This document shows, in pieces, positions 1-7,675 of a DNA stretch of 11,301 bases. The stretch covers positions 643,677 through 654,977 of the forward strand of contig NW_018388003.1 in NCBI RefSeq assembly GCF_001417965.1. Reading direction: 5' to 3'. The notes under the pieces were generated by a model that did no database searches, was not told where the DNA came from, and saw only the letters and a list, made by a program, of their open reading frames with translations. The stretch comes from Exaiptasia diaphana (taxonomy: Eukaryota). A program made the position numbers and the translations under genes. Positions within the stretch are counted from its first letter, which is position 1, and every line of letters starts with the position of its first letter.

Positions 1-491
1 GTACATCTTTACTTCCAGTTCATCCTTCATTGTTTGTGGAGGTGGTGGGACTGCTTTTTTAAGTTCTTGGATTAAGCTCTCTCGTTCTTGGATTAAGCTC
101 TCTATCTCTCGTTGAGGCATGGCTGAACGTGCACGTCGCTTAGCTCGCAGTGAAGTTATTTCAGGTGGAGGAGGTGGTCCTCCACAAGGGGCAGGAGGTG
201 GAGGAGGTGGTCCCCCAAAAGGGGCAGGAGGTGGAAGGGGTGGTCCTTTGCTAGGAGGTGGAGGAGGTGGCCTTGCCCCAGTGGCAGAAAGTGGAGGAGA
301 TGGCCCTGCACCAGTGGCAGGAGGTGGAGGAGGTGGACCTCTCCTAGGGGCAGGAGTTGGGAGGCGTGGTCCTCTCCTAGGGGCAGGAGTTGGGGGGCGT
401 GGTCCTCTACTAGGAGGTGGCCCTGCCCCAGGAGCAGGAGGTGGAGGAGGGGGCGGTGGTAGGACCGCATTTACAGCAAATTTTTCATCTT
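1..491 (-). CDS. Poly-proline exon that continues beyond the window start: DEKFAVNAVLPPPPPPPPAPGAGPPPSRGPRPPTPAPRRGPRLPTPAPRRGPPPPPPATGAG...GGPPPPPPAPCGGPPPPPEITSLRAKRRARSAMPQREIESLIQERESLIQELKKAVPPPPQTMKDELEVKMY.
   Basis: I checked the frame codon by codon: it is a 163-codon open minus-strand frame. The acceptor is atctcttgcag| at 493-492, and the exon starts with 2 nt completing a codon, which is compatible with the FG exon ending in +1. The plus-strand Gly-rich ORF 119..523 is its antisense. Confidence 0.65.
170..470 (-). repeat. Imperfect tandem repeats of about 40-45 bp that encode the reiterated GPPPPPPAP(C/F)GG and APRRGPR(P/L)PTP poly-proline units.
   Basis: Recurring plus-strand ggtggaggaggtggtcc(t/c)cc...gggcaggagg blocks. 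The units are APRRGPR(P/L)PTP twice and GGPPPPPPAP twice, and the coding frame is verified. Confidence 0.8.
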
Positions 492-1193
492 CTGCAAGAG
501 ATCGCGATAAGATAAATCAATGAAAATAAATATGTATATAAATGACAGACATAAAATATTGAAATTAGGTGTAATATGATGGTCCTGGTGTGAGACGTCT
601 TGAGAACGACTGTTATAGTTTTACATGAGGTTTCGACATCCTGTGTGGATATTTACATATTTAATACCGACTTTGTCTGTTCGTCTTCTCACTCTGAATA
701 TAACTTCCACACAGGACGTCGAAATGTCAGGTGGTAACTACCGGACGATCACACCTACATCGCTTACACCTGGTTCAGACATAACATATTCACAATTAAA
801 CTATTAATTAGCAAATATAATTCATATTAATTCAGAAACAGACACTATATTTACATTGACCAACTTCAGAACACTAACGAAAAAACTCTCAAACAACCCT
901 CAGACACAGGAATTAGATGTCATTTTTGTGTAGGTGCGTAGGCTTGATAATCAAAAATAAAACGGTTTCTACTACGACTTAAGCACTAGTGATAGCCTAT
1001 GTCGTACTCTGAACCAGCACCAGACCCCTTGCATGTGACGTCAAAGCAGCTCCAGGAGGACAAAACACAAGATTATTTCCCTCTTGGGAACTAGAATCCA
1101 TTGTTTTGTCCTTCAGGTGCAGCTGCATTCCCATGTCTACAGATAATTGAAATAACAATCAAAAGTCATTAAGAAAGATGTGTTTTGACCTAC

Positions 1194-2159
1194 CCATGAG
1201 TAAAGGTTGTGAGCGATCGACGCCTGGCGAGGTTGGACTGTACTGAGGAGAAGGTGGACTAGGTGAGATACTTTCTTCTGTTCCCTTCACAAAACCTAGC
1301 AAATTTCCACCTGAACTACCTTGCTGCCCAAAAAGACTGGTATTTCCCATTAGGTTAAATGTTTTTGGTGGTACTCCAAACGCCAAGCCACCCGATTGAT
1401 TGACGGCACCACGGGATGGTGCTCCAAAAAGAGTAGTACCTTCCATTTGCTCAACTGGTTTTGTTGATCCTCCAAATGCAAAGCCACCCAATTCAATGCC
1501 CGCACCACTGGGTGGTGCTCCAAAACCAGATGGTATTCCATCAGCCCTTCCATCCATTGATTTTGTTTTAGGCATAGAGCGATACAATCCAAACATTCCC
1601 ATGCCGGTTTGCTCTGCACTAAATGCTGGACCAGAAGACGAAGCAAAACCAAAACTACTTGATGAACTTCTTGGTGCAGCACTACCAAACACTGGCTGGG
1701 ATAGTTTTTCTGGCTGTTGTTGCTGCACCGAGTCAAATAATCCGCCGCTCACTTTGGAAGCAGAAGATGAACCAAAAATAAATAACGAACTCGGTGCAGA
1801 CCCAAAAATACCTGTTGAACTATTTGCATCAGCAGTACCAAACAGTGGAGGTGCTACTTCTTGTTGCTGTTGTTGCTGCTGCTGTTGTTGTTGTACAGAG
1901 CCAAATAAGCCAAATCCAACAGCTGGTGCTGTTGTTGACTGTTGCTCTTTTGGCACTTCACTCGCTAAGAATGCACGACGTTGGGGTTTCATTTTCAAGT
2001 AATATTCTTTTTGCGGCTCAATTGGGATTGAAAATGATTCACTTTTAACATCCGCCTTACCAAGCATTAGTGAAGCCTTGTACGGTTTGAGATCCGCTGA
2101 AGCTTTATAGCATGTGACAGTCGGCTCAGCTTCAGATTTTTCGGGAACATAACCATAAA
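1194..2159 (-). CDS. 966-nt low-complexity exon with FG-type repeats (FGLFG, LFGTA, IFGSA, FIFGSS, VFGSA, FGFASS, GFAFGGS, LFGAPS, AFGVPP, LFGQQ), an 11-residue poly-Gln run and an S/P-rich end. It resembles an FG-nucleoporin repeat region.
   Basis: This is the listed ORF 1159..2067, and it is also open upstream as far as the acceptor ttttataatacag| at 2161-2160. The donor ATGG|gtaggt at 1193 keeps phase with the next exon. If that donor is not used a stop follows at 1159. Confidence 0.7.
1861..1894 (-). repeat. Coding (CAG/CAA)n tract encoding Q11 inside the FG-repeat exon.
   Basis: The plus strand reads ttgttgctgttgttgctgctgctgttgttgttg, which on the minus strand is CAA/CAG codons giving QQQQQQQQQQQ. 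Confidence 0.9.
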
Positions 2160-2245
2160 CTGTATTATAAAATATATATATATCGCTTTAAAATCTTCCA
2201 ATATATAACACCAAGCAATGGTTATCTGAGTTGCACTCATCTTAC

Positions 2246-2326
2246 CTTTAGATCGCTTTTCCTCTGATCTATTTCTGTGGACTGCAGATTCCATATCAGT
2301 ATATACTTCTTCATCATCTTTATCAT
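2246..2326 (-). CDS. Acidic micro-exon: DDKDDEEVYTDMESAVHRNRSEEKRSKG. It is copy 2 of the tandem exon duplication.
   Basis: The acceptor ttcctttttgtactttag| is nearly identical to that of copy 1. The donor is TAAAG|gtaaga. The exon is 81 nt with symmetric phase 1-1. Confidence 0.55.
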
Positions 2327-2432
2327 CTAAAGTACAAAAAGGAAAATTGTTATATGATAAACAAGCACCAAGTAAGCAATTAGTCATAGTTAATACACAA
2401 ACACCGTGCTACAAATTGTACAATCATCTTAC

Positions 2433-2531
2433 ATCCTGCGGATAGCATTTCCATGAGAAGTTCTGATCTATGTCGGGGACCTTTAAGTTCAATTAAATCA
2501 TCATAATCATCGTCTCCATCATCGTCATCAT
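2433..2531 (-). CDS. Acidic micro-exon: DDDDDGDDDYDDLIELKGPRHRSELLMEMLSAG. It is copy 1 of a tandem exon duplication.
   Basis: The acceptor is ttccttattgtactttag| and the donor is AGGAT|gtaaga. The exon is 99 nt with symmetric phase 1-1. Confidence 0.55.
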
Positions 2532-2817
2532 CTAAAGTACAATAAGGAAAATTGATCTATGATAAATTTAAGCAAACAAATAACGCTTCGTTCTTTCCCT
2601 TTCCCTCGATGCGTCTACAATTATTTCTACAAAATTAGATTTCAGTGGTTTTCAATAAGCCGTGAAATACATTTTAATTATTTAATACACTTTTCTTATT
2701 CTTTATTGTTCACCTTTTTTTGTCTTTTGGTTCATCAAACTTTAATGCGTCTTATCTATTACACATTATTTCAAGGGTTACTGAAAACCACTCTACTATT
2801 AAAGTTGTTATTGTTAC

Positions 2818-3360
2818 CAATGGAGCAGAAGTATGAAATGTTCTCATCAATGTCCACCTCAGTATCTCTACTGTTATCACGATCGGCATCTTCAAGCTCA
2901 ACCGGACTGTCAACGTCGCTATCAGAGTATCTGTGGAATCGCTCGAATCTGCGTGCACCTGCTCTTCTTCTTGTTCCAAAGAGCTGGTCTTCGGACTCAG
3001 TCATCTTAGTTCTTGCCTGAACCTCAGTTTCATCTTCTACACCACAACAAGTAATAGAACTCGAACTTGTGCTGTACTTTTCCCTTTCTTTCACTCCCTC
3101 TTCTTCCCATTCATCTTCCGAATCAGTCGAAACGGAGTCTGAATTGGAACTTGAACCATCAGAAGTTTCTGTTTCTGATAAATAATCTTTGATGATATCC
3201 TTTATATTCTCTGAAGGAAACATTGATTGACCAACTCTTAATATACGTCGAATTTCTTCATTGTCATCAATATCAGTGACATTTTCTAAGGTCTCTAAGC
3301 AGTCAATGAGATCACCAAATTTGGTCCGATCCAGCACGTCTATGTCAACATTTCCTCTCT
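2818..3360 (-). CDS. Long acidic/Ser-rich exon: (E)RGNVDIDVLDRTKFGDLIDCLETLENVTDIDDNEEIRRILRVGQSMFPSENIKDIIKDYLSETETSDGSSSNSDSVSTDSEDEWEEEGVKEREKY...DTEVDIDENISYFCSI(G).
   Basis: The exon is 543 nt with 181 open codons. The acceptor is tttcttatgtttag| and the donor is ATTG|gtaaca. It starts in phase 1, which matches the +1 end of exon 3794..4031, so it is probably a continuation of the PARP4-like ORF. Confidence 0.65.
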
Positions 3361-3793
3361 CTAAACATAAGAAATATAAAGATGAGAAAATTAAACAAGA
3401 CCATTGAAACATACTTATGAGGAGTCGGATAGGGTTAGGGTAAGGGGGCGGGGGAAGTAAAAACGTTTGAAGCAGCAGAAATGAAAGATATGAAGAATAA
3501 CATTAATACTAAAGACTTTTGTAGCAGCCCTAAGTAGATATTTTCTGAAATAATATCAAGCATGGCATTATCGTTTGTTTATGCTGCCAAATATAGTGCA
3601 ACTAGACCACAATGCAACATGGTTTTTGTAAAGATCTGTGACAGTGGTGCAATATCGCACCCAGAGCCCGCACGTTTGTCATAGAGTGGAAGACCACTGA
3701 CAAAGACTCTGTGCTCGAGATTCACAGCCATGAAAGACAGTAAAACATCATTATAAATAACTCGACCCAATGCAATTTTTACATGTTATTTAC

Positions 3794-4031
3794 CTAGAAT
3801 GCACACTAAAACAACAAGAATCACAAGTTTCTTGTCATCGTCCCCTAACACTTTGGCGTAAAAGTGGGCTAAATCTTTAAATGCCTGCCAACTTGTTTCC
3901 AAATTCAGCTCCTCAAAGTTGTCAAATACAATGGTACAAGCGTCTTTATAAAGATCTTCTGACTGAAGAAGTGAAACTCCTTCTAGTGACTTTGCTTCTA
4001 CAAGCAATCGATGGACATTGTCTTCTGGAGT
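3794..4031 (-). CDS. PARP4: Exon: TPEDNVHRLLVEAKSLEGVSLLQSEDLYKDACTIVFDNFEELNLETSWQAFKDLAHFYAKVLGDDDKKLVILVVLVCIL(G).
   Basis: The acceptor is ttggttttcag| and the donor is CTAG|gtaaat. The exon is 238 nt. If the intron were retained a TAA follows after 2 codons, giving ...ILGK*. Confidence 0.7.
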
Positions 4032-4123
4032 CTGAAAACCAATCATCATTATCATTATCATCATCATCATTTTCTTAATCAAATCACCCATCATTATCGT
4101 TATCACAAGCGTGTCATCATTAC

Positions 4124-4354
4124 CGGTTTGGTTTTCTCTGTAATCTGTGTTTGATTTGTTTCCTCCCATCCAACATATGGTATAATATCAACGTTTTCAC
4201 CAGCCACTAGTTCTAGTATACTAGGACCATTGTCAGCATCGAATTTTTCATCTTTTTCTCTAGTTTCAATGGCCACAAAACTGGTAAACTGGGACACGAT
4301 GGAGAACTCCTTGCTGAGCATTATGATACAATCTTTTTTGTCATGTTTGGCAAC
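4124..4354 (-). CDS. PARP4: Exon: VAKHDKKDCIIMLSKEFSIVSQFTSFVAIETREKDEKFDADNGPSILELVAGENVDIIPYVGWEETNQTQITEKTKP.
   Basis: The acceptor is ccattttag| and the donor is AAACCG|gtaatg. The exon is 231 nt. It contains TQFTSFVAVE, a segment conserved in PARP4 as I recall it. Confidence 0.85.
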
Positions 4355-4434
4355 CTAAAATGGTAAAAAAGAGTTTTAACCCCAGGGGGGAATAGATATA
4401 ACAATAACGACTTGGCTGATCCTCACTGACTTAC

Positions 4435-4596
4435 CTCATGTAATGTGTTATCAGCGTCTAAGTTTCCTTCTTCCCAGTCACGAATCATCGCCCTGGCAAC
4501 AAGCTGGTGTAAAATCTTGCCTCTGGTGATACTGAGATCAGATGTGGAGACCACTGTGGAAACTTCCCTGCTGTTCACTTCAGCTGACAGACTGGC
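4435..4596 (-). CDS. PARP4: Exon: ASLSAEVNSREVSTVVSTSDLSITRGKILHQLVARAMIRDWEEGNLDADNTLHE.
   Basis: The acceptor is acatttcag| and the donor is CATGAG|gtaagt. The exon is 162 nt. It carries the motif HQLAARALIRD that I recall in the conserved post-VWA region of PARP4. Confidence 0.8.
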
Positions 4597-4623
4597 CTGA
4601 AATGTAATTGGTAGATCGTTAAG

Positions 4624-4659
4624 AGCAGGAGCAGTAGCAGGAGCAGGAGCAGGAGCAGT
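4624..4659. repeat. (GCAGGA)n hexanucleotide repeat. It lies inside the 70-nt intron between the exons 4665..4739 and 4435..4596.
   Basis: Direct reading of agcaggagcagtagcaggagcaggagcaggagcag. Confidence 0.85.
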
Positions 4660-4664
4660 CTTAC

Positions 4665-4739
4665 CTGTGTACAATTAGATATCAGGCCATATACCACAAG
4701 TCTTGATCCATTGAACAAAGAAACAATCTCATGTGGAGC
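4665..4739 (-). CDS. PARP4: Exon: APHEIVSLFNGSRLVVYGLISNCTQ.
   Basis: The acceptor is cttcattttag| and the donor is ACACAG|gtaaga. The exon is 75 nt. Confidence 0.75.
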
Positions 4740-4805
4740 CTAAAATGAAGCATATCTATCGTTGCTTTTTTCTGAATATAATGGACAAACTGCTGCATAT
4801 CAAAC

Positions 4806-4901
4806 CTGCTCAGGGGGCGTGGCACAGCTGTCGTGCTGTTGCCAAGTAACTGATACTGACGTCAATCCAGGCTGTCCACACTTGGAAATTTGCTCTTTAA
4901 C
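4806..4901 (-). CDS. PARP4: Exon: VKEQISKCGQPGLTSVSVTWQQHDSCATPPEQ.
   Basis: The acceptor is ccgcttgaaaag|, which is weak, so the 5' boundary is tentative. The donor is GAGCAG|gtttga. I recall a similar SVSVKWQQ segment after the VWA domain in human PARP4. Confidence 0.65.
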
Positions 4902-4981
4902 CTTTTCAAGCGGAAAAACATTGCTTATTAGATTTAGTACTGTCAGAAATGAAAGAAAGAAATCGAAAAAATGAAAGAAAC

Positions 4982-5081
4982 CTTTCTTTCCCATTTTGAC
5001 TTTATCTTGGAATCAAAAAATTCACAGTCACCAGCACCAATACGTGCAAGAGAACGGAGAAAGTGGCGATTACTTGATGCA
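4982..5081 (-). CDS. PARP4: Exon at the end of the VWA domain: (G)ASSNRHFLRSLARIGAGDCEFFDSKIKSKWERK.
   Basis: The acceptor is ttttattgcag| and the donor is GAAAG|gtttct. The exon is 100 nt. Confidence 0.8.
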
Positions 5082-5152
5082 CTGCAATAAAACATACATC
5101 AAGACGTTGTGCTATGTCTTACAAGAAGTAATCAATCAATCAAATCACTCAC

Positions 5153-5349
5153 CCAACACCCATTGTAAACACTCTCGTCTTTAGTCGATGTTTTCTAACC
5201 AGCTTCATGGTTGTGGCTTCCTCTGTCACGTGACCATCGGAGATGATGATGACGTTTCTGGGATGATCTGCGGCTGACATGGATTGGATCAAACTCAATG
5301 ACTCCAAAACTCTCCATAAATCAGTACCTCCTTTGCGAGAAGTTGCAGA
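5153..5349 (-). CDS. PARP4: VWA exon: SATSRKGGTDLWRVLESLSLIQSMSAADHPRNVIIISDGHVTEEATTMKLVRKHRLKTRVFTMGVG.
   Basis: The acceptor is tttttgatag|, preceded by an in-frame stop. The donor is GTTGG|gtgagt. It contains GGT (the MIDAS Thr) and the VIIISDG motif. Confidence 0.9.
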
Positions 5350-5441
5350 CTATCAAAAATATTTGATATCATCAAAACAATGTCCTATAAACCTGTTTGA
5401 AGATCAAGTATGTGGCCATCACTATAGCCAATATATATTAC

Positions 5442-5515
5442 CATTATGAAATCAGTAGCTTGTGTGACTGTGAAGTTGTCTTTTGGTCGACTAGTTGGAA
5501 AGACCTCACTATGCG
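5442..5515 (-). CDS. PARP4: VWA exon: (S)HSEVFPTSRPKDNFTVTQATDFIM.
   Basis: The acceptor is tttacttcattag| and the donor is ATAATG|gtaata. The exon is 74 nt. Confidence 0.8.
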
Positions 5516-5724
5516 CTAATGAAGTAAAGAAAATACAAACAAATACTTGGAGAAAGAAATTAAAAACAGAAAATTGATAGTCAAAAAGGCAACTAAGACA
5601 ACCAATGGAATTGCAATCATAGGTACCAAAGTAACCATCTCCGTTCATTGCAAAGGTACATTTGTCCTTCAAGGTGGTGAGGGAATTTGGAAAGGCGACT
5701 ATATTGTTCTTTAATCATACTTAC

Positions 5725-5833
5725 AGCTCCCGAACACAGCAATGTTAAAAAGCCAGTTGTCAGGCAAGATTGTCAAACACATTAAAAGTATCTTCTTTGC
5801 TTGTTCAAATGGACTATCAACTTGACATGAACC
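5725..5833 (-). CDS. PARP4: VWA exon: GSCQVDSPFEQAKKILLMCLTILPDNWLFNIAVFGS.
   Basis: The acceptor is tatttttcag| and the donor is GGAGCT|gtaagt. The exon is 109 nt. Confidence 0.85.
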
Positions 5834-5982
5834 CTGAAAAATAAGTCTCAATTTGACAAAGAAACTGTTGATTTTTGCTGTTAGACTACTACAAGACTTT
5901 ATGTGAACAAAGAAATTAATGACATGATAGATTCAGTTAGTAATGCGTAGTTGATATTTGAAGCATATATCATGAATAATAC

Positions 5983-6075
5983 CTGCATAGAATTTGATGC
6001 ATCCAAGAAAAACAAGACTTCCGCTTGTGTACATGTTTCTGATTCAAACTCTGGATAAAAAACCAGCATACCAGC
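5983..6075 (-). CDS. PARP4: Exon at the start of the VWA domain: AGMLVFYPEFESETCTQAEVLFFLDASNSMQ. It contains the MIDAS DxSxS motif.
   Basis: The acceptor is tccctatag| and the donor is ATGCAG|gtatta. The exon is 93 nt. Confidence 0.9.
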
Positions 6076-6155
6076 CTATAGGGACACAACATAAAGAAGT
6101 ATAATGGTTGTGTTTGATTGGTATCAGATAGGACTAAAGAGATTTTAAAACATAC

Positions 6156-6293
6156 TTCACTATCATGTCTTGTATCATGGCTCTCGACCCACATTCTGGG
6201 AACATGAATCTCAGCCAATTGGATGACAAGCTGAAACCCATCACCTATCACATGACCTGACGCCATCTCTACCACAGCTTTAGTTGCAGTACG
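6156..6293 (-). CDS. PARP4: Exon: RTATKAVVEMASGHVIGDGFQLVIQLAEIHVPRMWVESHDTRHDSE.
   Basis: The acceptor is attatcag| and the donor is AGTGAA|gtatgt. The exon is 138 nt. The listed ORF 5970..6275 is this same region read one frame off and running through the intron. Confidence 0.75.
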
Positions 6294-6363
6294 CTGATAA
6301 TTAATAAGATTAAGATACAGTTAAGGAGTATTTTTGACTAAAACATCAGTTGCTTTCTTTTAC

Positions 6364-6445
6364 CTTGATTAAGATAGGATGGGTTGGTGATCTGATAGAC
6401 TTGATATCAAAAGGCATTTCTACAGCAACTTGAATGGTTGTATTT
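6364..6445 (-). CDS. PARP4: Exon: NTTIQVAVEMPFDIKSIRSPTHPILIK.
   Basis: The acceptor is tgttatttag| and the donor is ATCAAG|gtaaaa. The exon is 82 nt. Confidence 0.75.
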
Positions 6446-6480
6446 CTAAATAACAAAAAGACAATTCACAGGAAAGTTAG

Positions 6481-6590
6481 CGAGTGAATGAGTGAGTGAG
6501 TGATAGATTAGCTCCTTTCAAATGCAATCTCTGAGTCAAAAATGACAATTAAATAAAAAACAAAAAACAAACAAAAAAAAAAAAAAAAAG
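6481..6590. repeat. Intronic (GAGT)n microsatellite at 6481-6504 plus an A-rich, poly(A)-like tract at 6551-6589.
   Basis: Direct reading of cgagtgaatgagtgagtgagtgat and aaaaaacaaaaaacaaacaaaaaaaaaaaaaaaaaag. The A tract is the poly-pyrimidine side of the minus-strand intron. Confidence 0.9.
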
Positions 6591-6623
6591 CAGTGAGATG
6601 TGGAAAGAATGTTTTATTGTTAC

Positions 6624-6658
6624 CTCTCTTGCTCAACCTTGACAGTGTCAACATCACT
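6624..6658 (-). CDS. PARP4: 35-nt micro-exon: SDVDTVKVEQE(R).
   Basis: The acceptor is taatttgcag| and the donor is AGAGAG|gtaaca. It restores the phase between its neighbours. Confidence 0.75.
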
Positions 6659-6746
6659 CTGCAAATTATACAAAAAATACCATTTAATTGTGATTTCCTC
6701 ATTATAACATAATATAATAAATGATATATCACTGTTTATGGTTAAC

Positions 6747-6911
6747 CTGTATTTCATAATCAAGAGCTTGACTTTGTTTCCATGGTGCTACAGACCCAGG
6801 TAACTTGAAGCAAATGCTCTCTCCCTCAACATTAAGTTCTGCTACATATGTGATCTTGATCAAGACACTTGCATTCGGAGGAAGGTTGCCGACACTCACG
6901 GTAAACACATC
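6747..6911 (-). CDS. PARP4: VIT exon: DVFTVSVGNLPPNASVLIKITYVAELNVEGESICFKLPGSVAPWKQSQALDYEIQ.
   Basis: The acceptor is tttatttag| and the donor is ATACAG|gttaac (a weak donor). The exon is 165 nt. Confidence 0.9.
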
Positions 6912-6987
6912 CTAAATAAAACAAGAAATTAAGGATTAAATGCAGCAATACTACAGTTTTAGCAGACACATGGTGTGTGTGGCTTAC

Positions 6988-7121
6988 TGGCGTTTCTTCA
7001 TCCATTAAGTAGGCTCCATGGCCTTTGCTGATGGCTTCACGATACTCCTTGTGAGCTTGCTCTTTCTCTTTTACTTCACCAATGACATGTTTTCCATTTA
7101 TGAAAGCCTCAAAACCACAAA
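6988..7121 (-). CDS. PARP4: VIT exon: (V)CGFEAFINGKHVIGEVKEKEQAHKEYREAISKGHGAYLMDEETP.
   Basis: The acceptor is attttttcag| and the donor is ACGCCA|gtaagc. The exon is 134 nt. Confidence 0.9.
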
Positions 7122-7167
7122 CTGAAAAAATAGCAAATTTTTCAATTAATGAATCTATAACTCACTC

Positions 7168-7190
7168 AATTAATCAATCAATCATGTCAC
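7168..7190. repeat. Intronic (ATCA)n microsatellite. A second (CAAT)n block lies at 7376-7407.
   Basis: Direct reading of taatcaatcaatcatg and acaatcaatcaatctgtcagtcaatcaatcagg. Confidence 0.85.
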
Positions 7191-7275
7191 TCTGTTGTTT
7201 CCAATATCCAATTAATGGCCTTATCCCAGGTTGATTAATGAAATAATGTAATAATGATACATAAGAAACACATAC

Positions 7276-7360
7276 CAGCAGCCATGTCGTCCAGTGGAAA
7301 GACATACTTTGCCTCTATAGGTACAGAGCTGTTATTCTTGTAAGATTGTAAAACTACAAC
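7276..7360 (-). CDS. PARP4: VIT exon: VVVLQSYKNNSSVPIEAKYVFPLDDMAA.
   Basis: The acceptor is ttgttctgtag| and the donor is GCTGCTG|gtatgt. The sequence is nearly identical to what I recall of the human PARP4/VWA5A VIT core. Confidence 0.9.
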
Positions 7361-7430
7361 CTACAGAACAAAGATACAATCAATCAATCTGTCAGTCAAT
7401 CAATCAGGACATTATATCTAATCAAGCATC

Positions 7431-7511
7431 TATTATTATTATTATTTCTTCATTCACTCATCCTTTTATTCATTTTACCATGTATTCATTCATTCATTCA
7501 TTCATTCATTT
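7431..7511. repeat. Intronic microsatellites: (ATT)n at 7431-7446 and (CATT/TCAT)n at about 7448-7511.
   Basis: Direct reading of tattattattattatt and cattcattcattcattcattcatt in the intron between the exons 7533..7675 and 7276..7360. Confidence 0.9.
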
Positions 7512-7532
7512 AATTTAATTATCTATCTGTAC

Positions 7533-7675
7533 CTGACCAACAAGGTCCATTAGTTTTGCTCGAATATGTACAGCTTGAAGTGGGACGGGTACATCACCAC
7601 TGCCTTTAAGACCTGCTTTGACCTTAGACAATGGATCAGCCACAGACATAACATCTGATACATCAATTTGCCGAG
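7533..7675 (-). CDS. PARP4: Exon at the start of the VIT domain: (A)RQIDVSDVMSVADPLSKVKAGLKGSGDVPVPLQAVHIRAKLMDLVGQ.
   Basis: The acceptor is tccctgcag| and the donor is GGTCAG|gtacag. It carries the VPL....V...I....A V motif that opens VIT domains. Confidence 0.85.

Noticed and set aside
156-470. A 104-aa minus-strand ORF with the sequence LLHLLPL....
   Set aside because: It is an alternative frame of the same repetitive poly-Pro DNA. The Pro frame, not this one, connects to the acceptor at 493-492 and stays open to the window edge.
119-523. A 134-aa plus-strand ORF encoding a Gly-rich (GGGGGPP...) protein.
   Set aside because: It is the antisense reading of the minus-strand poly-proline exon, since reverse-complemented CCN codons give NGG. 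It has no splice or start context of its own, and the minus-strand reading is phase-linked to the upstream exons.
1400-2048. Plus-strand ORFs (200 aa and 84 aa) antisense to the FG-repeat exon, plus a second minus-frame ORF at 1350..1736.
   Set aside because: Low-complexity repeat DNA is open in several frames. Only the FG frame links to flanking splice sites.
2067-2387. A 106-aa minus-strand ORF.
   Set aside because: It is a composite that reads through the exon 2246..2326, its intron and part of the FG exon in a shifted frame. The real structure is two exons joined by splicing.
3579-3770. A 63-aa minus-strand ORF inside the 433-nt intron that might be an extra exon.
   Set aside because: I found no acceptor/donor pair with the required 1-1 phase. 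The composition is not protein-like, and the flanking exons join cleanly without it. It remains possible as an alternative exon.
5385-5672. A 95-aa minus-strand ORF.
   Set aside because: Only its C-terminal third (HSEVFPTSRPKDNFTVTQATDFIM) is real coding, the exon 5442..5515. The remainder is intron read through.
6508-6732. A 74-aa minus-strand ORF spanning the poly-A/T tract.
   Set aside because: It is intronic low-complexity sequence between the exons 6624..6658 and 6364..6445, with no domain similarity.
7647-7649. An in-frame ATG (M in DVMSVADPL) as a possible start codon for a separate VIT-VWA gene.
   Set aside because: The exon has a good acceptor and is phase-linked to the upstream PARP catalytic exons. 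The Met is internal.
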